Source: Candidatus Latescibacterota bacterium
GTDB taxonomy: Bacteria > Latescibacterota > UBA2968 > GCA-2709665
DNA length: 64,000 nucleotides
Direction of reading: 5' to 3'
Assembly: GCA_965222075.1 (NCBI GenBank)
Contig: OZ244937.1
Coordinates: 992,001 to 1,056,000, forward strand
Position numbers and translations under genes: made by a program. Below are positions 29,405-38,337 of this stretch, in pieces; position 1 is the stretch's first letter, and each line of letters starts with the position of its first letter. Below the pieces are notes generated by a model that was given only the letters and a program-made list of their open reading frames with translations, was not told where the DNA came from and searched no databases.

Positions 29405-29820
29405 TCATCGGACCACAACCTCCTTCCTCAAAACGGAACCGTCTGGCTGAGACACCAGAAAGATCCAGGTGCCAACCCTCAGAGGAGGATAAATCACTAA
29501 GAGGGGGTACCCCCGTATTCGACTCGCTGAGTCAAAAGGACAGATTAAATATTCTTTTATACGCCCAATTTGTATCCGACCAGATCAATTCTCGTCGTGT
29601 CAACATAAACTAACCCGGAACATAAATCTATGCTGGTATAATATCCTACGCGCATGGTATCAGAGGCCGCCAAAGGGGATGTCACCGTCAGGCTGTCGAT
29701 ATGGAGTTGAAAAATCTGAAAATCAGGAGGGTCCGGCTTAAAGGGATAATAATCGCACCCCAGACAGGATAGACCCATCAGGACCGCCAACGAAACAAAA
29801 ACCACGATTTTCCCTTGCAT
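29405..29820 (-). pseudogene. Lipoprotein paralog L4, frameshifted at ~29558
   Basis: CLGCDYYP lipobox; TAA at 29557, C-terminus ICPF...GTWIFLVSQPDGSVLRKEVVVR in another frame. Confidence 0.82.
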
Positions 29821-29887
29821 GACCGATGTTCCTTTCGCCTCCCTTTTGATGGTTGACAATTTGAAGGCGTCCTGCTTATTTCTTATA

Positions 29888-29939
29888 CCTGCCTGCGCCG
29901 CGATGGGCCTGCGTGCGTGAGACAGCACGCGCAGGCAGG
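29888..29939. repeat. Palindromic element(s), partly nested
   Basis: cctgcctg at 29888, cctgcgtg at 29908, caggcagg ending 29939. Confidence 0.7.
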
Positions 29940-30073
29940 GCTCGCCCTCGAAAATCACTTGACACGAGGGGCGACAGCCCCGCAAAGCGGCCCGACGTGG
30001 GTTTTAAGACAGTTTCTAACGCTCAAGTTTTGTGGTTTAGCCCCTGTATATGCACAGAAATTCTCGTATTCCC

Positions 30074-31336
30074 TCACCTGGGGTCGTAGATCGCCCCCAG
30101 GAAGAGGATGGTCCCACTCAGCCGTTCCCGGATTGCGAGCAGGAACGGCCGGTTCACCACAATGCCGCTCGGCACCCCTATCGGTTGTATGCCTGCCGAC
30201 GTAACCGCAGCGGCTACGGTGCCTTCCTCGTCCACCTGCAGAAATGTCTTGTGTTTGACCTGGGAGATGTATGTCTCTATGTCCGAAGTGAGCCTGGAGA
30301 AATCCGCCGCTTCGGAATCGAATGCCATCCCCATCCCCATCTTAACGAGTGGGGTGTTCAGCAAGACGCTGTGCTCCAGCTTGAACGTGGGCATCTGCAC
30401 GGGCAGCTTGTCGAACGCGACCCCGTTCGTCCACGCGTTCCACTGTGCCAGATCAATGCTGTTCACCAGGCCCGCCAGGCTGCCTTCGGAGCGTGGCTGC
30501 AGGATCACCATGCTGAACGCTTCGGCTCCGTACGGCAGCTCGGCAATCTGCACTGTCTCTGTGGACCCGGTTGCCCCACGCCCATTCGGCTCCGACATCG
30601 TGGGCACGTCCACGGGGTCGGTGCTTCCTTCCAGGAAGAAGGGGCGGGGTCTCGTCTTCGCCGGGTCGAACTGAACCGTCCAGTCGCCCTCGAAATAAAC
30701 GGCGTTCAAAAGAAAGAGGATGCTGCCCTGATCAATCTCCTGGATGATCGATTCGATGCGGCCCCGGGTCTGATCTTTCACCCAGCCGTTGATGGCCTGT
30801 TTGGCACCGGGATCGGCAAAGTCGAGCGTCTGAGCTCTGGCATCGAAGTGGGTGCGGATGGCGTCGGAAAAGCGCGCTTCGAACGTATATCCCTGTTGCA
30901 TCCACACCGAGTTGGCGACTGCGATCTGTACGCTCGGGTCCAGCCTGAACAGAAGGTCGCGCACCCCCCGGTAGCCCTCGTTGATCTCGCCCATCGCCAG
31001 GTCGGGTAGCCGGAGCCCCGAGCGCATCGCCTCAAAGGTCCCTCCTGCGGCGCCGTTGAGGGCCATTCCAAGCGTCATTGACACGCTCAGCGGAGATACG
31101 AACACGTTCTTCCCCGGTTCAGCCACTTCGCGCAGCAGTTCAAAGGCAAAGCCGTTGTTGGCGTGGATCACCGCGTTTTCGCCTGCGGTCAGCGGCCGGG
31201 GTAATTTTGTGAGGGGGCGCTCCGGTTCAACGGGGTTGTCTGCGCAGGCGACAAGACCAGGTATCGTCGCCCCAACAAGCGCCGTTAAGGTCCGGTATGA
31301 TCGATAGTGGGCCAAAAGGGTTCTCTTAAAGCACAT
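30074..31336 (-). CDS. Serpin (probable lipoprotein)
   Basis: LVAC lipobox, NVFVSPLS, LLNAVYFEGDW, DEEGTVAAAVT hinge, VNRPF. Confidence 0.95.
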   Translation of the reverse strand: MCFKRTLLAHYRSYRTLTALVGATIPGLVACADNPVEPERPLTKLPRPLTAGENAVIHANNGFAFELLREVAEPGKNVFVSPLSVSMTLGMALNGAAGGTFEAMRSGLRLPDLAMGEINEGYRGVRDLLFRLDPSVQIAVANSVWMQQGYTFEARFSDAIRTHFDARAQTLDFADPGAKQAINGWVKDQTRGRIESIIQEIDQGSILFLLNAVYFEGDWTVQFDPAKTRPRPFFLEGSTDPVDVPTMSEPNGRGATGSTETVQIAELPYGAEAFSMVILQPRSEGSLAGLVNSIDLAQWNAWTNGVAFDKLPVQMPTFKLEHSVLLNTPLVKMGMGMAFDSEAADFSRLTSDIETYISQVKHKTFLQVDEEGTVAAAVTSAGIQPIGVPSGIVVNRPFLLAIRERLSGTILFLGAIYDPR

Positions 31337-31520
31337 GGATGTCCTCCTTTGTCAAGAACAGTTTTGTTCTGGACATTTCCACCGGTTTAAAATTGGACAC
31401 TTTTGGAAGAGTGGATAGAGCGATTATGGTGGCATAGGGACCTCCATTGTGAAGGATCAAGGTTGCGTTTGGGTGTCTGGGAGGTGGCGGAGAGAGTAGG
31501 TATTGGGTTTACGTCCTCGG

Positions 31521-31559
31521 CCTGCCTGCGTCGCGGTGCTCCTGCTCCGCGCAGGCAGG
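31521..31559. repeat. 39-bp palindromic element
   Basis: cctgcctgcg...cgcaggcagg flanked by G|C. Confidence 0.78.
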
Positions 31560-31753
31560 CGTCCCTGTTTTTCGAGCAGGCCGGCGTTGAGCAATTCGGA
31601 GAGTGCTTTTCTGAGCTGTCCGTCATTGCCGTGTCGGAGTGCGGGAGCAAGGCAAGCAGACTAGGGATACGGGTGGTTGGATACCGGGGGCGCTGCCCCT
31701 GGGCCAGTTCATGAGGAGGGTGTGGAAAGACCTCATTTTCATGAGATCTGAGG

Positions 31754-31879
31754 TTATTCAATCACCACCAGCACCGCCTCTCCCCGCAGGATTTCGTTGA
31801 CAATGATGACGTGGGTGATGCCCTCGCTCACTCCCACCATATAGTCCTGTCCCTTTTTTCAGCTTGCCCGAACGGCCGA
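31754..31879 (-). pseudogene. Duplicated 3' end of the coiled-coil lipoprotein gene (41330-41454)
   Basis: Near-identical DNA with one extra T; downstream DNA also shared. Confidence 0.85.
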
Positions 31880-31931
31880 ATAAGAAAGGCAGCCGAAACA
31901 ATGGCGGCGTCTATCGGTTGGCGCGACCGCC

Positions 31932-34900
31932 CTACGTGGCGCCATAGCACTCTCCAAATATTATAAAATCGGCAAAATTGATGGTTCCATCCCCATTATA
32001 ATCCATCCGTGCATCAAAATTTGCATCCGATGAACTGGATCCAAAAGCCGCGCCAAATAACGCAAAATCAGTTTGATTGACCTCACCATCACCATTAAAA
32101 TCGCATGACACAGGTGCCGTCGGTGTCGCCGAGGCACTCGCTGAGGCCGTGCCATTCCCCCCAGCGTTCACCGCCCGCACCTGGAAGGTGTATCTGGTTC
32201 CATTGTTCAGACTCCTCACCGTATAACTCGTCGTGCCAGAGCCACTGCCTGAAATATCCGTCCAATCCGGCGACCAACTGCTGCCACTGTTGGTGCTCTG
32301 ACGATACTGATACTTTGTGATGCTCGCATTGTTCGGGTTACTCCAACTCAACACAACCTGACCATTCCCTGCAGTCGCCGTGAAGTTCGTGGGCGCGGGC
32401 GGCGGTGTGACCGGTGCCGTCGGTGTCGCTGAGGCACTTGATGAGGCCGTGCCATTCCCCCCAGCGTTCACCGCCCGCACCTGGAAGGTGTATCTGGTCC
32501 CATTGTTCAAGCTCCCCACCGTATAACTCGTCGTGCCAGAGCCACTGCCTGAAATATCCGTCCAATTCGGCGACCAACTGCTGCTGCTACTGGTGCTCCG
32601 ACGATACTGATACTTTGTGATGCTCGCATTGTTCGGATTGCTCCAACGCAACACAACCTGACCATTCCCTGCAGTCGCCGTGAAGTTCGTGGGCGCGGGC
32701 GGCGGTGTGACCGTGACCGGTGCCGTCGGTGTCGCTGAGGCACTTGATGAGGCCGTGCCATTCCCCCCAGCGTTCACCGCCCGCACCTGGAAGGTGTATC
32801 TGGTCCCATTGTTCAGACTCCTCACCGTATAGCTCGTCGTGCCAGAGCCACTGCCTGAAATATCCGTCCAATCCGGCGACCAACTGCTGCCACTGTTGGT
32901 GCTCCGACGATACTGATACTTCGTGATGGTCGCATTGTTCGGGTTGCTCCAACGCAGCACAACCTGACGATTCCCCGCAGACGCCCTGAAGTTCCCAGGT
33001 GCCGACGGCCGCGTAACAGGCGCCGTCGGTGTCGCTGAGGCACTTGATGAGGCCGTGCCATTCCCCCCGGCATTCACCGCATGCACCTGGAACGTGTATG
33101 CGGTCCCATTGTTCAGACTCCTCACCGTATAACTCGTCGTGCTGGCACCACTGCCTGAAATATCCGTCCAATTTGGTGACCAACTGCTGCCACTGTTGGT
33201 GCTCCGACGATACTGATACTTCGTGATGGTCGCATTGTTCGGGTTGCTCCAACTCAACACAACCTGACGATTCCCCGCAGACGCCCTGAAGTTCGTGGGC
33301 GCGGCAGGCCGCGTGACAGGTGGGGGCGTGACCGTGACCGGCGCCGTCGGTGTCGCTGAAGCACTCGCTGAGGCCGTGCCATTACCCCCGGAATTCACCG
33401 CATGCACCTGGAACGTGTATGCGGTCCCATTGTTCAGACTCCTCACCGTATAACTCGTCGTGCCAGAGCCGCTGCCTGAAATATCCGTCCAATCTGGCGA
33501 CCAACTGCTGCCACTGTTGGTGCTCCGACGATACTGATACTTCGTGATGGTCGCATTGTTCGGGTTGCTCCAACTCAACACAACCTGATGATTCCCCGCA
33601 GACGCCCTGAAGTTCGTGGGCGCGGCAGGCCGCGTGACAGGTGGGGGCGTGACCGTGACCGGCGCCGTCGGTGTCGCTGAAGCACTCGCTGAGGCCGTGC
33701 CATTACCCCCGGAATTCACCGCATGCACCTGGAACGTGTATGCGGTCCCATTGTTCAGACTCCTCACCGTATAACTCGTCGTGCCAGAGCCGCTGCCTGA
33801 AATATCCGTCCAATCTGGCGACCAACTGCTGCCACTGTTGGTGCTCCGACGATACTGATACTTCGTGATGGTCGCATTGTTCGGGTTGCTCCAACGCAGC
33901 ACAACCTGACGATTCCCCGCAGTCGCCGTGAAGTTCGTAGGCGCAGACGGCGGTGTGGCCGTAACCGATGCCGTGACCGTGACCGAAATCGGCTGCGTGG
34001 CCGTCAAGGCCCCGTCGCTGGCCGTCACCGTAATGGTCGCGCTGCCTGCGGCCACCGGCGTCATCGTTACCGTGCTTCCCGATACGCTCACCGTCGCGAC
34101 GGATGCCGCCGACGTCGTGGCCGAATAGGTCAGACTATTCCCATCGGAGTCGCTGAACTTGCTCGACACGTCAACCGATGCGGCGGCTCCACCCACCGTC
34201 AGCGATTGCGCGCTAATGGACCCCACCGCCTTCGGCGGGTCATTCACCGCAGTCACCGTCACCCTCACCGTTGCCGTTGCCGTGCCACCATACCCATCCG
34301 ACACGAGATAGACGAAGCTGTCCGTCCCATTGAAATTGGTATTGGGCGTGTACGTGATGCTCCTCCCGGTCGAAGTTACGGTACCGTTCGACGGAATGGA
34401 CGTAGCGATCACGGTCAGCGGGTCACGTTCCGGATCGCTGTCGTTGTCCAGCACGCTGATGGTCGCGGCCACGTCTTCATCGGTCGTCGCGTCGTCATTC
34501 CCCGCCGTCGGCTCCTGGTTGACACCGGAAGGCGTCACTGCCGATGCAACGGACAGCGCGATGGCATCAACGCCGATCCATGCATTTGTGCTATCTGAAT
34601 TTCCATCCATACCAACAATTCTTGCCTCGCTGCCATCATATGCAGAAACATCCCACGTATATTTGGTGAAATCGTCCGTTCCCGGCGCAAAAGTCCGTCG
34701 CTTTGTTGTCCAACTGCCATTTTCTAATACCTGCAATGCGACTGTATTCTGGTTGCGGGATACGGAGCTGTCGTATCCGCACACCTTGAGATTGATATAC
34801 GGCCTATAGATGACAAAGGAATTGGAGGTCAACGTTCCCGTGCCGGTCTGTGGATCATAACTGCCCGCGCTATGTGTGCCTACCTCCCCCACTTCCGATG

Positions 34901-36836
34901 AGTCGTTATAACTCCGATACGTATTGTCCTGCGCCCAGGGCCCGGTGGCCGTCCAGGAAGCCAGGGTTGTATCCGCGCCACTCACACTCACCTCTTCCAT
35001 ATTGCCATTTGCCAGGGCATTTGCCAGGGTGCCGTGAACGGTAAAGTCCATCACGGCCTCACCGGGCTCACAAGGAAACCATCCTAAAGACTGGCCGCCC
35101 ACAGTGAAGACTCGATATACAAACGTCCTCACGTCACAGCCAGTTGTTGTTATGGTCCCCGGAACGGGGCCGGTCCAGGGTAGGCCATAGTTTGGATTTG
35201 CCGCACCGAATCCCTGCGTAGTTGGATTGCCCCACACCTCAGGGGGAGAAGAGAAGGTTACACCAAAGGATACCGACTCTCGAATCTCATGTTGTCTTAC
35301 CGCATAACTACGACTAGAAATTGAATCTGGAAAATCAACCAGCGTCATTGTTCGCTTCGTCAGGCCGACATCCATACCGGTCGTAGACTGGTGCAGAAGC
35401 ACATAGGGCGGTGTGAGCATATCCAGGGCTTTTTTGGCATCGAGCAAGCCATGTCCCGAGGTTTCATCAAAGCCTGTGTCCTGAATATCCCTGGCGCTCC
35501 GTTTGATGATTTCATAGACATCTTCATTGGTCAGGTCTTCATTGAACAGCTCCTTATAATAGGCTAACATCAGACCGGCGGTACCGCTCACGTGCGGCGT
35601 CGCAAATGAAGTGCCGCTTCTACGAACATAGGAGTCGATGTTGCCAGTCACCGGAATATTCTCTCCTGGAGCCGCAACATCAATATGAGGACCCGAACTC
35701 GAACCTTGGGTGGGGCGCTCCGAATCCTGCCACCTGACGTCATAATTGCCATGGGCAGTAGCGCCAACGGCTAACACGTGTTGTTGATACGCTGCAGGGT
35801 ATAGAGGTCGAGGGTCAAAGTAAAAATTTCCCATGCCAGCCACAGTGGCGATGCCGAGCTTATATGCATCGCCGATCGTCTTTCTAACAACAGAGCTACT
35901 TGTAGTATCAGCCCAACTACAGTTGATAATGTCCGCACCACCTTCTACGGCCTCCCGAATTTTCCTGGCAACTTCATCGTCACTAACTGGATTGTCAATC
36001 GTAGAAGCAATGTTTTTGGATATAATGGTTGCATGCCAGTCAACGCCGGCAATGCCGATGCCATTATTCGTATTTGCGGCAGCGATCGAGGCCACCTCAG
36101 TCCCATGCCCATTCCATCTTGGGGGGGTGTTATCTCCAGTGAGTTTGCCGGCAAATTCGAGATGTGACTGGTGAACACCCCCATCGATAATGGCGATCAC
36201 TGTTGAGGGGTCACCTTTCGAAAGATCCCAGGCTTCCGGCGCTCTGATGCGATCCAGGTTCCACTGAGGGCCAGGGAGCGTCGTCCCGCGAAAATAGGGA
36301 TCGTTGGGCACGGCCTGGGGATAAACAAATCCATTTGGTTCCGCAAATAAAACCCCGGGCAGGCTTTTCAGTTCCTCACAAATCGCTGCGATGTCGGCGT
36401 CGGACGGGAACCTGAGCTTGTAAATTCTGCTGTAATCGTGGAGAACGACAGATCGCCCGGTTCGATGTGAAACTCTTACACGATCAAAAGCAGGGTTAAA
36501 GGTTGGGAATACCTTCATCAGACGTTCGGGGGAATGTCGGGTAAGCAAATTCTTGTAAGCCGGCTCGACCTTCTCGCTATTCTGAAATTCAAGCCATTCG
36601 GCTACCACCTTGCCTTCCGGAAAGTCCATGAATCCAGGGGCTACCTGAATCAGTACTTCCCGGGCTACCTGCTCGGGTGTCGATATAAGAAAGGAAGGCG
36701 TTTCACTTGGAGGAACATAGGGACGTTGGGCATTTTCAGAGGCAAATATCCCCGCACACCATGCCAGAATAGAACAAAGCAGGGTAACGCAGAATGGCAA
36801 TGGAAGGGTATTTGGGGTATTCCTGGCGTTTATCAT
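31932..36836 (-). CDS. Secreted S8 subtilase with prodomain, Ig/cadherin-like domains, 6 FN3 repeats and dockerin-like tail
   Basis: IAIIDGG, GHGTEVAS, SGTSFATPHV triad; DFNGDGEVN...DYNGDGTIN. Confidence 0.93.
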   Translation of the reverse strand: MINARNTPNTLPLPFCVTLLCSILAWCAGIFASENAQRPYVPPSETPSFLISTPEQVAREVLIQVAPGFMDFPEGKVVAEWLEFQNSEKVEPAYKNLLTRHSPERLMKVFPTFNPAFDRVRVSHRTGRSVVLHDYSRIYKLRFPSDADIAAICEELKSLPGVLFAEPNGFVYPQAVPNDPYFRGTTLPGPQWNLDRIRAPEAWDLSKGDPSTVIAIIDGGVHQSHLEFAGKLTGDNTPPRWNGHGTEVASIAAANTNNGIGIAGVDWHATIISKNIASTIDNPVSDDEVARKIREAVEGGADIINCSWADTTSSSVVRKTIGDAYKLGIATVAGMGNFYFDPRPLYPAAYQQHVLAVGATAHGNYDVRWQDSERPTQGSSSGPHIDVAAPGENIPVTGNIDSYVRRSGTSFATPHVSGTAGLMLAYYKELFNEDLTNEDVYEIIKRSARDIQDTGFDETSGHGLLDAKKALDMLTPPYVLLHQSTTGMDVGLTKRTMTLVDFPDSISSRSYAVRQHEIRESVSFGVTFSSPPEVWGNPTTQGFGAANPNYGLPWTGPVPGTITTTGCDVRTFVYRVFTVGGQSLGWFPCEPGEAVMDFTVHGTLANALANGNMEEVSVSGADTTLASWTATGPWAQDNTYRSYNDSSEVGEVGTHSAGSYDPQTGTGTLTSNSFVIYRPYINLKVCGYDSSVSRNQNTVALQVLENGSWTTKRRTFAPGTDDFTKYTWDVSAYDGSEARIVGMDGNSDSTNAWIGVDAIALSVASAVTPSGVNQEPTAGNDDATTDEDVAATISVLDNDSDPERDPLTVIATSIPSNGTVTSTGRSITYTPNTNFNGTDSFVYLVSDGYGGTATATVRVTVTAVNDPPKAVGSISAQSLTVGGAAASVDVSSKFSDSDGNSLTYSATTSAASVATVSVSGSTVTMTPVAAGSATITVTASDGALTATQPISVTVTASVTATPPSAPTNFTATAGNRQVVLRWSNPNNATITKYQYRRSTNSGSSWSPDWTDISGSGSGTTSYTVRSLNNGTAYTFQVHAVNSGGNGTASASASATPTAPVTVTPPPVTRPAAPTNFRASAGNHQVVLSWSNPNNATITKYQYRRSTNSGSSWSPDWTDISGSGSGTTSYTVRSLNNGTAYTFQVHAVNSGGNGTASASASATPTAPVTVTPPPVTRPAAPTNFRASAGNRQVVLSWSNPNNATITKYQYRRSTNSGSSWSPNWTDISGSGASTTSYTVRSLNNGTAYTFQVHAVNAGGNGTASSSASATPTAPVTRPSAPGNFRASAGNRQVVLRWSNPNNATITKYQYRRSTNSGSSWSPDWTDISGSGSGTTSYTVRSLNNGTRYTFQVRAVNAGGNGTASSSASATPTAPVTVTPPPAPTNFTATAGNGQVVLRWSNPNNASITKYQYRRSTSSSSSWSPNWTDISGSGSGTTSYTVGSLNNGTRYTFQVRAVNAGGNGTASSSASATPTAPVTPPPAPTNFTATAGNGQVVLSWSNPNNASITKYQYRQSTNSGSSWSPDWTDISGSGSGTTSYTVRSLNNGTRYTFQVRAVNAGGNGTASASASATPTAPVSCDFNGDGEVNQTDFALFGAAFGSSSSDANFDARMDYNGDGTINFADFIIFGECYGAT
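32113..33950 (-). repeat. Six tandem ~300-321 bp FN3-coding repeats
   Basis: APxNF...AGNxQVVLxW x6; identical stretches 321 bp apart. Confidence 0.95.
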
Positions 36837-37310
36837 CGGACCACAACCTCCTTTCTCAAAACGGAACCGTCTGGCTGAGACACCAAAAAGATCCAGGTGC
36901 CAACCCTCAGAGGAGGATAAATCACCAGGGGGGGATACCCCCGCATCTCACTCAATGCGAGGGGACAGATACCGGTATATCGTCGTCCCCATACGCTCAC
37001 TTTGTACCCGACCAGATCAATTCTCGTCGTGTCAAAATGAGAAAAAACGGGACATCCATAGGGGCCAATCCCGCCCAAAAATCCTACGTTCATGCGTATC
37101 AGTGACCGCCAATGGAGATGTCGTTGGCTGCAGCCGGATGAATTCACCGTGCCCAGAGCCCCGAGAGAGAGACAAAACCGCCACGCTGTCGACTTTGATT
37201 TGAAAATCCCGAACATCAGGGTCCGACTTAAGAGGGTAATAATCGCACCCCAGGCAGGTGAGACCCATCAGGACCGTCAACGAGACAAAGACCGAGATTT
37301 TCTTCTGCAT
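36833..37310 (-). pseudogene. Lipoprotein paralog L3, +1 frameshift at ~37095
   Basis: gatacgcatg versus gataccatg in paralogs; halves in ORFs 37032-37310 and 36833-37216. Confidence 0.82.
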
Positions 37311-37362
37311 GACAGATACTCCTTCTGGGTTGTCCAGAGTTCAGGAAACACATTAAAAGTCC

Positions 37363-37377
37363 GCAAAAACCGTGCCA
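37363..37377 (-). promoter_or_regulatory. Sigma54 promoter (consensus)
   Basis: TGGCACGGTTTTTGC, 53 bp upstream of ATG 37310. Confidence 0.8.
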
Positions 37378-37744
37378 ATTTTGTAAAAAATGGATAAATG
37401 ATTGCAGGAGAGGAAATTAGAGCAGATGGGGAACGATTTGAATTTTTCCGGTATTGTTGCATAATGCGCCTAATCAAGCGCACGGGGAATGCATACTCGC
37501 TCAGACGGAGTGGGATAGGTATCTATTTATAAATGACTTACGGAAGATATGAGGAAGGAGAGACAGAGGAGAGTTGCAATTTGCAATAGAAGACGCAATT
37601 TGCAACAGTAGGGAAGGGTGCCGCCGACCGTCTCGGAGGCCGTTGAAAGGGGTTATCAAGATATACGTCGGGCCGATGGCGGCCCCGGGCGGGAGCCTGC
37701 TCGGGTGTCGATATAAGAAAGGAAGGCGTTTCGCCTGCTGGCGT

Positions 37745-38230
37745 TCATCCTCGGACCACAACCTCCTTTCTCAAAACGGAACCGTCTGGCTGAGACACCA
37801 AAAAGATCCAGGTGCCAACCCTCAGAGGAGGATAAATCACCAGGGGGGGATACCCCCGCATATCACTCAATGATTGGGGACAGATACCGGTATATCGTCG
37901 TCCCCATACACTCACTTTATACCCGACCAGATCAATTCTCGTCGTGTCAAAATGAGAAAAGACGTAACACAAAGTGGGTCCAAGCGGGGCATAAAATCCT
38001 ATGCGCATGGTATCAGAGACCGCCAATGGAGATGTCGTTGGCACCCGTCGGATGTATTCACCGTGCCCAGGTTCAAAGACCCTCAAGGGAGACAAAACCG
38101 CCACGCTGTCGACTTTGATTTGAAAATCCCGAACATCAGGGTCCGACTTAAGAGGGTAATAATCGCACCCCAGGCAGGTGAGACCCACCAGGACCGTCAA
38201 CGAGACAAAAACCGCGATTTTCTTCTGCAT
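37745..38230 (-). CDS. Lipoprotein paralog L2 (intact), beta-rich, unknown function
   Basis: MQKKIAVF...CLGC lipobox, AAAGGA RBS, four paralogs in window. Confidence 0.85.
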   Translation of the reverse strand: MQKKIAVFVSLTVLVGLTCLGCDYYPLKSDPDVRDFQIKVDSVAVLSPLRVFEPGHGEYIRRVPTTSPLAVSDTMRIGFYAPLGPTLCYVFSHFDTTRIDLVGYKVSVWGRRYTGICPQSLSDMRGYPPLVIYPPLRVGTWIFLVSQPDGSVLRKEVVVRG

Positions 38231-38337
38231 GACAGATGTTCCTTTCTCCTTCCTCTCCTGAGCATCAGACCCTCTGCGCCAGACACACCCTCCTGCTTCT
38301 TTCAACGCAACGACCAGGACCCACGATAATCCGGATC

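Larger units (their letters stand above)
29020..29500. repeat. Duplicated block (copy at 37363-37843): lipoprotein 3' end + leader remnant + enhancer-like site + sigma54 promoter
   Basis: Collinear at offset 8343 with long identical stretches. Confidence 0.9.

Noticed and set aside
28996-29500. Duplicated ORFs in the promoter block (28996-29418, 29120-29500, 37501-37873)
   Set aside because: Lengths and stops differ between copies; better explained as non-coding regulatory DNA
32095-33894. Repeated Cys/His-rich small ORFs and a possible CRISPR-like array
   Set aside because: Shadow frames of the FN3 coding repeats; no repeat-spacer structure and no cas genes
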